Shown here in pieces: positions 8,993 through 18,286 of a stretch of 64,000 nucleotides of DNA. Location of the stretch: positions 384,001-448,000 of the forward strand of contig CAWKDB010000010.1 of assembly GCA_963848295.1 (NCBI GenBank). The letters are read 5' to 3'. How positions within the stretch are numbered: position 1 is the stretch's first letter; the number at the start of each line of letters is the position of its first letter. The position numbers and the translations under genes are program-made. The notes under the pieces are model-generated. The model made no database searches and was not told where the DNA came from. It saw only the letters and a program-made list of their open reading frames with translations. The DNA is from an uncultured delta proteobacterium. Lineage in GTDB: Bacteria; Myxococcota_A; Polyangia; Haliangiales; Haliangiaceae.

Positions 8993-10192
8993 GTGCGTGG
9001 CTTAGCGGGATGGGTAGGCGTAGCGCTGCCGTTGGTTGTCGCGTGCGGATCGCATGGCGCCAGCCACGACGCGTCGACTGCGGGCGATGCCGCTGCGGTC
9101 GATGTTCTGCCTGACACGCTGTCGGTCGTGACGTCGTCGCGCATCGGCGCCGGTTTGTTCTTCAGTTGCGCGCTCAAGCCCGATGGATCGGCGGAGTGTT
9201 GGGGATATGGCGAGAACGGCACCATCGGCAACGGGTCGACCGCCGATGCGACGCAGCCGACCCCGGTGATGAACCTCACCGGCGCGCTCACGCTGTCGGT
9301 GCAGGGTTACAACGCATGCGTGCTCGCCGCGGATCACACGGTCGAGTGCTGGGGCAACGATTTCGATGGCGAGCTCGGCGACAACGGTGCGCTCGCACTC
9401 TCGGCGACGCCTTTACGCGTCGGCACGGTGAGCGACATGGTGCAGGTTTCGACAGGGGGTGCCCAGGACTGCGCCCTCCACGCGAACACGACGGTCGAGT
9501 GCTGGGGCGGCGCTGTCTACAACCAAGATCTCCGGCCAGCCCCGATCGCTGGGTTGTCCGGCGTCATCAAGATGGCGCCGACGACCTCGGATCATCACTG
9601 CGTCGTGATGAACGATGGCTCGTTGCAATGCTGGGGCCTCGACTATTCGGGACAGCTCGGTGACGGCCAATCGGGCCAGAATGCCAAGTCAACCGTGCCG
9701 GTGACGGTTGCCGGGATCGCGGGCGCAACCGACGTGGTCGTCAGCGCTGGCGACACGTGCGCCCTACTCGCGGATCAGACGGTCTGGTGTTGGGGCGACA
9801 ACTCGCGCGCCGGTCAGCTCGGGAACGGCAGCACCGTCTTGAACAGCCTGATCCCCGTACAGGTCTCGGGACTCACCGACGTCGTCGAGATCTCGGCGAG
9901 CGACTACTACGCGTGCGCGGTGAAATCGGACGGCACCGCATGGTGCTGGGGCGACAACTCGTTCGGTTCGTTGGGCAACGGCATGACTACGAACTCGAAC
10001 GTCCCGGTAGTGGTGAGCGGGCTGAGCAACGTCGTCGGCGTCGCGTGCGGCGACGAGCATGCATGTGCCCAGCTCGCGGACGGCTCGTTCTGGTGCTGGG
10101 GTGGCAACGACAAGTATGGGCTGGGCAGCATGACGACGATGACGTGCCCGCAGGGGCCATGTTCCACGACGCCGATCAAGGTCACGCTGTGA
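8993..10192 (+). CDS. RCC1-repeat (beta-propeller) lipoprotein
   Basis: Lipobox LVVACG; repeated CAxxxDGTxxCWGxNxxGQLG; track start 8948. Confidence 0.9.
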   Translation: MRGLAGWVGVALPLVVACGSHGASHDASTAGDAAAVDVLPDTLSVVTSSRIGAGLFFSCALKPDGSAECWGYGENGTIGNGSTADATQPTPVMNLTGALTLSVQGYNACVLAADHTVECWGNDFDGELGDNGALALSATPLRVGTVSDMVQVSTGGAQDCALHANTTVECWGGAVYNQDLRPAPIAGLSGVIKMAPTTSDHHCVVMNDGSLQCWGLDYSGQLGDGQSGQNAKSTVPVTVAGIAGATDVVVSAGDTCALLADQTVWCWGDNSRAGQLGNGSTVLNSLIPVQVSGLTDVVEISASDYYACAVKSDGTAWCWGDNSFGSLGNGMTTNSNVPVVVSGLSNVVGVACGDEHACAQLADGSFWCWGGNDKYGLGSMTTMTCPQGPCSTTPIKVTL

Positions 10193-11316
10193 GGTGGGGC
10201 GGGTTGCTCGCAGTGGCGGCGTTTGGTTGCGGCTCGCCTCATCCAATGACTGGCGGTGACGGGCCAAGGCGGCCGGACGGTTCGCCCGACACGCTCGGGC
10301 CGATCGCTTCGTTGCAGATCGCGACGGGCGTGTACTTCTCGTGTGCTCGACGAGCGGACGCGTCGGTCGTGTGCTGGGGAGCCGGTGGGTCTGGCGCGCT
10401 CGGTGACGGCTCCGACGCCGACTCTTCGAGCCCGGTCGCCGTCTCGGGGTTGAGCGGCGTCGTTGGCCTCTCCGCGTCGTTCGCCGGCGGCTGTACATTC
10501 ACCGACGACGCGCTCGTCGAGTGCTGGGGCGACGATCGAACGGGCGAGCTCGGCGACAGCGGCGCGGCGAGCGATTCCGACGTGCCAGTTCAGATCGCCG
10601 ACTTGAGTGACGTCGTGCAGGTGACGACCAGTCTCGGGGTGTGCGCGCTCCGCGCCGATACGCAGGTCGAATGCTGGGGCCGCTACGCTGTCAACGGACC
10701 GATCGCGTTGCGGCCGATCGCCGGGCTCTCAGGTGTTGTTGCGATGGCTCCGCGGTTCGACGACCACGTGTGCGTGCTCATGGACGACTCGAGCGTGCGC
10801 TGCTGGGACGGTGGCGAGACCGAGTTTCCGATCGCTGGCCTTCCGCCGGCAACTGCCGTCGCGGTGGGTTTCCAGACCGCGTGCGCGCTCCTCGCAGACC
10901 ACACCGTCATGTGCTGGGGTGACAACTCCGCCGGCCAACTGGGAGATGGAGGTGCCGAGCCTGAATCATCGGTGCCGGTTCACGTGACGGGCGTGACCGA
11001 CGCGGTCGCGGTCTCGATGAGCAGCTCGTACGCGTGTGCGGTGAACTCCGATGGTACCGCTGCGTGTTGGGGCGACAACGAGCTCGGCCAGCTCGGCAAC
11101 GGCACGACGACGAGCTCGAACGTACCGGTCGCGGTGTCCGGGTTGACCAACGTCGTCGGCATCGCGCCCGCCGAGGATCACGCGTGCGCGCAGCTATCGG
11201 ATGGCACGTTCGCCTGCTGGGGCGGTAACGACCACGGCGGTCTCGGAATGCCTGCCTCGACGACCCAGGGCTCGGCCTGCGACTGCGCGACGACACCTGT
11301 CGTCGTCCCGATGTGA
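10189..11316 (+). CDS. RCC1-repeat lipoprotein, tandem paralogue
   Basis: GTGA overlap with the previous stop; lipobox AAFGC; the same repeats and C-terminus as the upstream gene. Confidence 0.85.
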   Translation: MRWGGLLAVAAFGCGSPHPMTGGDGPRRPDGSPDTLGPIASLQIATGVYFSCARRADASVVCWGAGGSGALGDGSDADSSSPVAVSGLSGVVGLSASFAGGCTFTDDALVECWGDDRTGELGDSGAASDSDVPVQIADLSDVVQVTTSLGVCALRADTQVECWGRYAVNGPIALRPIAGLSGVVAMAPRFDDHVCVLMDDSSVRCWDGGETEFPIAGLPPATAVAVGFQTACALLADHTVMCWGDNSAGQLGDGGAEPESSVPVHVTGVTDAVAVSMSSSYACAVNSDGTAACWGDNELGQLGNGTTTSSNVPVAVSGLTNVVGIAPAEDHACAQLSDGTFACWGGNDHGGLGMPASTTQGSACDCATTPVVVPM

Positions 11317-11322
11317 CACGAC

Positions 11323-11916
11323 GTGAGCGCGATGACTGCATTAACGGCTCTTCGAATCGCACAACGTGCGGCGGTGGTCGCCTTGGTGCTCGCTTCCTAT
11401 CCGCGCAGCGCGACGTCGGGGAACGTCGAGCTCGCGGTCAGTGGAGGCCCGGCTCTCGTCGTCACCAGCGGCGGCACGATCTACACGGATGCGATCCTCG
11501 GAGCGCGAGGCGGCTGGTCCTTTGGCCGTCTTTACCTGGGTCTCTCGTTTTCGTTCGTGCCGGGCGCGTCGCGCAGTTTTTCGGTGATGGAAGAGCGAAG
11601 CACCCAGTTGTTCAATGGACGCATCGCAGACCGCCTCTGGATCCCTTCGCTCGATGTCGGCTACGACCTTCACCTCGGCAGCCGTTTCGTGTTTCGTCCA
11701 GACTTACGAATCGGGTACGGCATCGACGACACAATCATCACGCCGACGCCCCCGCCCGGCGTGGGCGTCGCGGGCTCAGACCAATCGGGTCGACCTGTTC
11801 TGGCAGGGAACGTTGCCTTCTACTACGAGACCGGCAAGCTCATGGTGGGCATCAGGGCCGGCGGCATGACCGCAGCGATCGCGACTACGGAGCTCGAGGT
11901 TGGCCTGCGCTGGTGA
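11323..11916 (+). CDS. Putative small outer-membrane beta-barrel protein
   Basis: Signal peptide, amphipathic strands (LDVGYDLHLG, PDLRIGYG), C-terminal aromatic residue (LEVGLRW). Confidence 0.55.
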   Translation: MSAMTALTALRIAQRAAVVALVLASYPRSATSGNVELAVSGGPALVVTSGGTIYTDAILGARGGWSFGRLYLGLSFSFVPGASRSFSVMEERSTQLFNGRIADRLWIPSLDVGYDLHLGSRFVFRPDLRIGYGIDDTIITPTPPPGVGVAGSDQSGRPVLAGNVAFYYETGKLMVGIRAGGMTAAIATTELEVGLRW

Positions 11917-11980
11917 CGGCTCCGAAGTGTCTTTGCGCACGCCCACGCCATCTCGCCCGCAGATCTGGTTCAATCCGTGA

Positions 11981-12799
11981 TTGAGACCTGCGCGAAGCGG
12001 CCGACCAGTACTCGCAACGAGGGGTGGGGAGCACCGATGCCGAAGCCGGAAAACCAAACGCCGCGCTGCCAACGACTCGTGGCGTAAGAACGCCGGCACG
12101 ACGTACAAGAAACCGCCAACGCCGATCAAGCTCGGCCGTGGGCATTCGCGCGAGTCGATCCGTCAGATGCACGAGGCGGCCGACCGCGGTGAATGTTGGG
12201 CGCTGGTGAACCTCGGCGGCAAATACGATGAAGGCCTCTGGGCTGATGACGGCCGCATCCTTGTTCGGAAGAATCGGCGTACCGCGATTCGATATCTCGA
12301 GAAAGCCGTGGCGCTCGGCGACGTCGATGCGATGGTCGAGCTCGCGAATGTACTGTCCGCACCGCGCGACAACGAAGCACTCCGACGCGCGGGGCCGCTA
12401 TACCGAAAAGCGTATCGGCTAGGCGACCACACCGCTGCGTTCAATCTCGCATCCACGTACCAGAACCTCGGGCGCTATCGCGAGGCCGTGAGTTGGTATC
12501 GACGGGCACTCGCCGCGGGCGATCCGGACGCGTCGATGGAGCTAGCGCGTGCAGAGCTTCTCGGCCTCGGCACGCGTCGGAATGTTCGCTCGGCGATCGC
12601 GAGGCTTCGGCAGATCGCCGGTCGTCCATCGAACCGGTGGCCGGTCAACGGTGACCGCATCGAAGCGATCCTCGTGTTGGCCGATGCGCTGATAACGGGA
12701 TGGCCTGTTCGCCGAAACTATAACGAAGGACTCATGTGGCTGCGGCGTGCGGCCGATCTTGGCAGCGACGTCGCCAAGGCGATGCTCGAATCGCACTGA
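11981..12799 (+). CDS. Sel1/TPR repeat protein (start uncertain, possibly 12167)
   Basis: Sel1 repeats (EKAVALGDVDAMVELA; AVSWYRRALAAGD; WLRRAADLG). Confidence 0.8.
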   Translation: MRPARSGRPVLATRGGEHRCRSRKTKRRAANDSWRKNAGTTYKKPPTPIKLGRGHSRESIRQMHEAADRGECWALVNLGGKYDEGLWADDGRILVRKNRRTAIRYLEKAVALGDVDAMVELANVLSAPRDNEALRRAGPLYRKAYRLGDHTAAFNLASTYQNLGRYREAVSWYRRALAAGDPDASMELARAELLGLGTRRNVRSAIARLRQIAGRPSNRWPVNGDRIEAILVLADALITGWPVRRNYNEGLMWLRRAADLGSDVAKAMLESH

Positions 12800-12831
12800 G
12801 CCAGTCGCGGCGACCGTCTCGGCGTCAAGGC

Positions 12832-13200
12832 TCAAACCTCGCGAGACCGACGACAAACGAACCCGCCTGCCGTCGATGCGGAGACGGATGCTCCGATCTC
12901 TTCGAAGGCATGCCGCAGCAATGGCGTCAATCCGACCCCGACGACCTCGATCTCTGACCAGCCTGCGTGGTGTTCGGCGACAGTCGCAATGATGTCAGCG
13001 CATATCGCCTCGGTGGACAGGTCGGGAGCATCCTGGAACGACGTGACCTCGACCTTTTCCATCGTCGACGCGCCTTGCCAGAGCTCTTGAATGACGGGAG
13101 TGTTGGCGGGTGATTCCAGGATCCAGACTGGGCCAAGACGTGACAGCTCCGATAACCGCTGTCCGAATGCACGATCGACCACGATCGCTACCCTGCTCAT
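12832..13200 (-). CDS. Hypothetical protein, possibly immunity-like
   Basis: Protein-like 122-aa ORF (VAIVVDRAFG...PVWILESPAN...AEHH). Confidence 0.6.
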   Translation of the reverse strand: MSRVAIVVDRAFGQRLSELSRLGPVWILESPANTPVIQELWQGASTMEKVEVTSFQDAPDLSTEAICADIIATVAEHHAGWSEIEVVGVGLTPLLRHAFEEIGASVSASTAGGFVCRRSREV

Positions 13201-13266
13201 CGCGCTCTCCATCGCGCAATTCCGTCGCGCGGGGCGTACTCGCCTAACCGAATCTCTCGCTTTTCG

Positions 13267-14397
13267 TTAGCCCGCACCACCGCTCGTCCCATCCTGACGT
13301 TCGAGCCGCGCGACCGCGCGAGCCTTTAGTGCGTCGTCCGTGATCCTGCGAACGATTTCGTTCCAAGGCCAGAGGCCGCGATCTCGATCAATCGGCTGGA
13401 ACAAATCCGACGAACACACAAGCGACTCGAATGCGTCGATCGCAAGTCTATCGTCCTCACTGGTCGTATAGAGCCCAGCCTTCGCAAGCTGTTGCTTCAT
13501 CACCAGCGGAAACGCGAAGCCGGCGAGCAATCGGTGCTCAGGAATCGTCCATATCGACCGCGTGCGCGGTTGGAGCTTTCCATGGGCGAAGGGGTGTCGG
13601 ACCGCGTAAAGGTCTCGGACCCAGGCGTCGCGCACGGTCGGGGACTTCGCGAACTTCTCAGGGCGTGCAACCAGTCGCGAGCAGTCGCCTCGCCCATGAT
13701 CCTTCCGCGGCGCCAACGCAGCCGAAAACTTCGCGGCGAGATCATCGTCTTTCGAGTTGCAACATAGGATTCGTTGCAGCGCCCCTACTAACAACACCAA
13801 CTCCAAGTGCGGTGACATCTCTGAGCTATCGGTGTTGGCGAGGTTGAATCCCATCATCGACTCAACGAAAACGTCCGCGTCGGCATGACTGCGACACGCG
13901 AGGAGGGCGGAAAGCATCTCCACGTCGAGGACGACCGGCTCGAGGTCGACGTGACCAGGGCAAGGTACTTGATGAGCCGCGGCGGTCACATAAACGCGCT
14001 TCGCGCCGTCGACTCGACGGTTCAGCTGCAGCGAGCCGCCGCCAGGTTGGTCAAAGCGCTGGATGACAAGCCGGTAGGTGTCGCGGTTCGAATAGCCTGT
14101 GTGCGCAAAGACCTGACGCTTCGCAAGCCCAGCAAGCGCGACCATTTCGCCGAACACGAACGCGGCATTGACCTGATCGTCATCGATATCGGCGAGCAAA
14201 TCGCGCCCATCGATTGCCACGAGAGTGACTTCACGAATCGGCTGGTCTGTCCCTTCCTGATACGGCGCGGTCACTGCGTCGACGACACTCGCGCCCGGGG
14301 AGTCATCGCCACGAACATGAGGGAGCAGCACAAATTCGCCAAACTTGTGCGGCTTTGACGCGAGCCGAAGCCATGGAAAGAAAGCGAGCGCCCCCAT
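13267..14397 (-). CDS. HEPN-domain protein (ApeA-like architecture)
   Basis: C-terminal helical region with an RxxxxH motif (LYAVRHPFAHG). Confidence 0.65.
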   Translation of the reverse strand: MGALAFFPWLRLASKPHKFGEFVLLPHVRGDDSPGASVVDAVTAPYQEGTDQPIREVTLVAIDGRDLLADIDDDQVNAAFVFGEMVALAGLAKRQVFAHTGYSNRDTYRLVIQRFDQPGGGSLQLNRRVDGAKRVYVTAAAHQVPCPGHVDLEPVVLDVEMLSALLACRSHADADVFVESMMGFNLANTDSSEMSPHLELVLLVGALQRILCCNSKDDDLAAKFSAALAPRKDHGRGDCSRLVARPEKFAKSPTVRDAWVRDLYAVRHPFAHGKLQPRTRSIWTIPEHRLLAGFAFPLVMKQQLAKAGLYTTSEDDRLAIDAFESLVCSSDLFQPIDRDRGLWPWNEIVRRITDDALKARAVARLERQDGTSGGAG

Positions 14398-14496
14398 CGC
14401 GAGACTCTAGACGAGATCGGCAGCGCGGATCTCGGGCACGGGTGTATGTCGATACCGAAAACTTGACACTCGCGAGCGGCCGCGCACCATGGCTTC

Positions 14497-14772
14497 TTGG
14501 CCGCCGAATCGATCGTCGCGACAGAAAGTTCCGAACGCCTCACGTGGGATGAGGTGCGTCGCCGCTATCCAAATCAATGGGTCACGCTCGTCGACATCGA
14601 CTGGATTAACGAGACCGATTTCGAATTTCGATCGGCGATCGCAGTCGGGCACGGCGCACACCGCAAGGACGCGATCGCCGACGCGGGCACGACGCTCGAT
14701 CGTTACCTCGGCTTCGGCTGCTACTTCACGGGGCGCATTCGGGCGCCGCTACGCGCCTTCGTCGCGCCGTGA
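14497..14772 (+). CDS. Small DUF5678-like protein
   Basis: LTWDEVRRRYPNQWV...YFTG; overlaps the start of the protease gene; TTGACA at 14463. Confidence 0.6.
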   Translation: MAAESIVATESSERLTWDEVRRRYPNQWVTLVDIDWINETDFEFRSAIAVGHGAHRKDAIADAGTTLDRYLGFGCYFTGRIRAPLRAFVAP

Positions 14773-15170
14773 AGGTCACGCGCTTCGATCCGAACGACGA
14801 GCTCATCATCGTCAACGCGCGGATCTGGACGGCGCAAGGCCGGTTCGCCGACCTGCGACTCGCGTTCGACACCGGCTCATCCGAGACGCTCGTGATGCCC
14901 GAGTACACCGACGCCCTCGGCTACAACCCGCGGCACGGCGAAGCGATCACGGTGATCCGCTCTGCGATCGGCGAAGAGCGAGGCTACATGCTTCGCGTCG
15001 CACGGTTCACGACGCTTGGCTTCACGATCCCCAACTTCAGGATCCACGTGCACGATCTTCCGGATGGCTACGGCATCGACGGCATCCTCGGGCTGAGCTT
15101 CCTGCGCCAATTCAACTACGAGATTCGATCGGCTGAGGGGCGGGTCGTGGTCGAGCGCATCGCCACGTGA
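14769..15170 (+). CDS. Retropepsin-like aspartic protease
   Basis: FDTGS catalytic motif and DGILGLSFL. Confidence 0.9.
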   Translation: MKVTRFDPNDELIIVNARIWTAQGRFADLRLAFDTGSSETLVMPEYTDALGYNPRHGEAITVIRSAIGEERGYMLRVARFTTLGFTIPNFRIHVHDLPDGYGIDGILGLSFLRQFNYEIRSAEGRVVVERIAT

Positions 15171-16132
15171 GTCGGTGGCTGCTCATCGGTCTCGCGTTGC
15201 TGCCGATGGTGATGGCGTGCGGAGCCCATCGGCCGATGTCTGCGACACCCGTCGAAGGCGCCGAGGTCGGGCTCGGTTCGCTCGTTCAGTCGCCCACACA
15301 CATCTCGATCGATGTACTGATCCCTCCCGAAGGCGACGTGACCGCCGCTGTCGAGCGCGCTCGCGACGAAGTGAAAGCGACCGGCACGACCATCGCGAAC
15401 GTGCTCCCGCCGAATCCCGACGGACCAGTAGTCAAGATCGAGCTCGGGAGCATTGCCGACGAGCATTGGGATCACCACCTCCCGGGATATGCAGAGTCGC
15501 AGATCGATCCCGATGAGTTCGCCCACGTCGATCGATCGGCGGGTGTCATCGTCATCAGCGCGCGCGCGCCGGAAGCGCGCGGATGGGAAACGATCCGCCT
15601 CGTCACGAGCGCCGCGATCAATCTGGCTGCCTCGCAGAACGGCTGGATCTACGACTCGTACCGCGCCGAGCTTCACGACGCCGAGTCGTTTGCATCCTCG
15701 GTCCCCGATCCCCGCAATCCAGATGTTCGAACCATCCTGCGCGTCGTGGGCGTCGTGCCGACCAAGGGCGGGCTGGACCACATTCGAACGATCGGCCTGT
15801 GGCATCTCGGCCTACCGGAGCTGTTCGTGCCCGATGTGCCTCACGACTACCTCGACGCGACCATCGAGCTCGTTCGCGCGACGGCGCAGATATTGAGCCA
15901 GAACCACCGCGTCACGCGTCGGGGCGTCATCGAGTTGGACGAGTCGACGCTGCCGCCGAGTTGGCCGCGGATCGGCTCCGGTGGTCGATTCGTTTGGTCT
16001 GCGCGATGGATGCGCGGGCCGATCCACGACCACGCGATGCAAATCGTGCTCACGGTCCCGGGCGCGCGCGAGAAGGATCCGACGGCGCTGACATCCGCGG
16101 TGCGATCGTTCGCCGGCGGCGGCAAGCCGTAG
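15167..16132 (+). CDS. Hypothetical lipoprotein
   Basis: Lipobox VMACG; RTIGLWHLGLPEL motif resembles DUF4261-type proteins. Confidence 0.7.
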   Translation: MSRWLLIGLALLPMVMACGAHRPMSATPVEGAEVGLGSLVQSPTHISIDVLIPPEGDVTAAVERARDEVKATGTTIANVLPPNPDGPVVKIELGSIADEHWDHHLPGYAESQIDPDEFAHVDRSAGVIVISARAPEARGWETIRLVTSAAINLAASQNGWIYDSYRAELHDAESFASSVPDPRNPDVRTILRVVGVVPTKGGLDHIRTIGLWHLGLPELFVPDVPHDYLDATIELVRATAQILSQNHRVTRRGVIELDESTLPPSWPRIGSGGRFVWSARWMRGPIHDHAMQIVLTVPGAREKDPTALTSAVRSFAGGGKP

Positions 16133-16195
16133 GACGCGTGCCGCGATCACGAGGATGACTCGTCGCTCTACATCGGCGCGGCGTTATACTGAGCC

Positions 16196-16545
16196 GTGGA
16201 GACTCGGCCTCTCTCGATCGCAGACACCGAGATCAGGACCATCTACGACCTACTGGATCTGTTTCGCGTCCGACCTGGGATGTGGATCGGCGAGCCGTCC
16301 GTCACGAGACTTACGATCTTTATTGGTGGCTTCCGGAGCGGCATCCATGCGGCGCACGCCTCGCTCGATCCGGAGACCCCACCGTTCCAGGATTTTGACG
16401 ATTGGGTCGCCGCGCGTCTCGGTCGCAAGAAGAACGGTAACGGTTGGAGTCGATGCTCCTCGAAGCGTGTGGCGACGAGCAAGCCGCGTTCGAAAGGTTC
16501 TGGATCGAGCTCGATGCGTTCCGACTCGGGGCGACGGCTTCATGA
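16196..16545 (+). pseudogene. Frameshifted small immunity-like protein
   Basis: RVRPGMWIG...FDDWVAARL...GWS continues in another frame at ~16452 as MLLEACGDEQAAFERFWIELDAF. Confidence 0.55.
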
Positions 16546-16649
16546 CCCGCGCGACTGCGGTCGAGCTCCCTCCGCCTCGCGACCTCGAACGGATCTGCAA
16601 AGGCATCGCGACGCTTGACGCGATCCTCTGCGCGGAGTGGGAGTACTGA
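16542..16649 (+). pseudogene. Gene truncated by the IS3 left end
   Basis: MTRATAVELPP...LDAILCAEWEY ends at the TGA formed by the first IS bases. Confidence 0.55.
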
Positions 16650-17902
16650 AGTTGCCCCGGTTCGGTGGACACCCAAAGACTGGAGTGTCCGATGCCGAAG
16701 AAACTTCCCCCACCCCGCACCGTACCCACCTGAATTCCGCAGCCGCCTAATCGAGATGGTTCGCGCCGGCCGCTCGCCGGCAAGCCTCGCGAAGGACTTC
16801 GCGCCGTCTGCGCAGACCATCGCGAACTGGGTCAAGCAAGCTGACCTCGACGAGGGCAAGCGCAGCGATGGCCTCACCACCGAAGAGCGCGACGAGCTTG
16901 CGAAGCTGCGCCGCGAGAACAAGGTGCTGCGAGAGGAGCGGGAGATTCTAAAAAAATTCGCGGCCTGGTCCGTCCAGGAATCGAATCGGACGCCGCCGAA
17001 GCGTTCCGATTTGTGAAGACGAACCAGGCCGTGCATTGCGTCCGAACCATGTGCCGCTTGCTCGATGTCTCGACCAGCGGCTTCTACGCCTCGGTCGACC
17101 GACCGCTGTCGACGCGCGCCAAGGAAGACGTCGTACTGTCCGCGCAGCTCGAGGCCGCACACGAGGAATCGCGCGGCACGTACGGCGCGCCACGCCTCCA
17201 CGCTGAGCTCGCGGCGAACGGCACGCACGTCGGCAAGAAGCGGGTTGCGCGGTTGATGCTCGACGCCGGGCTCGTCGGGATTTCGCCGCGCAAGTCGACC
17301 TTCACGACCGTCCGAGAATCCGGATGCTCGCCCGTCGGACGACCTCGTGAAGCGCGACTTCACCGCATCGGGCCCGGACCAACTCTGGGTCGCCGACATC
17401 ACCTACGTGCCGACGTGGGCTGGCTTTCTGTACCTTGCGGTCGTGCTCGACGCGTGGAGCCGCAAAGTCGTCGGCTGGGCGATGTCGACGACGCTGCACA
17501 CCGACGTCGTCCTCGACGCGCTCAACATGGCGGTCACGCAGCGCCAGCCACGCGACGTCATCCATCATTCGGATCACGGTTGCCAATACACGTCATTTCG
17601 CTTCGGTCGCCGCTGCAAAGAGGCGGGCGTTCGCCCGTCGATGGGCACGGTCGGCGACGCATACGACAACGCGATGTGCGAGAGCTTCTTCGGCACGCTC
17701 GAGTGCGAGCTGCTCGACCGCCGCCGCTTCCGCTCGCAGGCTGAGGCGCGGATGGCCGTCTTCGACTACCTCGAAGGCTTCTACAACCCGCGTCGCCGCC
17801 ACTCAGCGCTCGACTACAAGTCACCGGTCGAGTACGAAAGGTCCTACGCGCTCGCCGCGTGAACGTTAGTCCCAACCCGTCCACCGAACCGGGGCAACTT
17901 CA
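16647..17902 (+). mobile_element. IS3-family element (1256 bp)
   Basis: Perfect 24-bp IRs TGAAGTTGCCCCGGTTCGGTGGAC; orfA HTH (~16692-17016), A7 slippery run at 16950-16956, orfB rve domain (WVADITY, HSDHG, DNAMCESFF) to 17862; extra frameshifts near 16710 and 17316; no TSD. Confidence 0.95.
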
Positions 17903-18052
17903 GGTGTGAGCGTCCCCGACGGCTACCGAGAGCCACGGTCCATTGGGCGCGCCTGTGTCCGCAACCGGCGCATCCTGCGAGTTCATCGGCGAATGCGAAT
18001 GGCAGCTCGGCGCCACCATCAACGCACCCAACGCCACCATCCGCCGCGCCAT
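17900..18052 (-). pseudogene. 5' remnant of an RCC1-type lipoprotein truncated by the IS3 right end
   Basis: Manual translation MARRMVALGALMVAPSC...WLSVAVGDAHT, then a TGA supplied by the IS end. Confidence 0.6.
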
Positions 18053-18286
18053 CACCGTCCTCCGATTCTACGACAATCCGCCCTCGCCGCGGACCTGATT
18101 ACGTCTCTTTGGTCGGGGCCGCTTCGGCGACGAGGCCCGAAGTCCGCAACCTTAGCGCGCACGACTACAGCGCCTCACAAATCCACGCCGAAGGACTAGC
18201 GAGTATGGACAGAGGACGCGTGCCCGACGCAGACAACTACGCGCGATTTCCGCGAACGGTTACAGCGCCGGCGGCATTCTAGGCTG

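Noticed and set aside
9757..10188. N-terminal extension of the second RCC1 gene; likewise the track starts 59557, 44917, 43099, 54030 and 54709
   Set aside because: These extensions overlap neighbouring genes; signal peptides indicate the later starts
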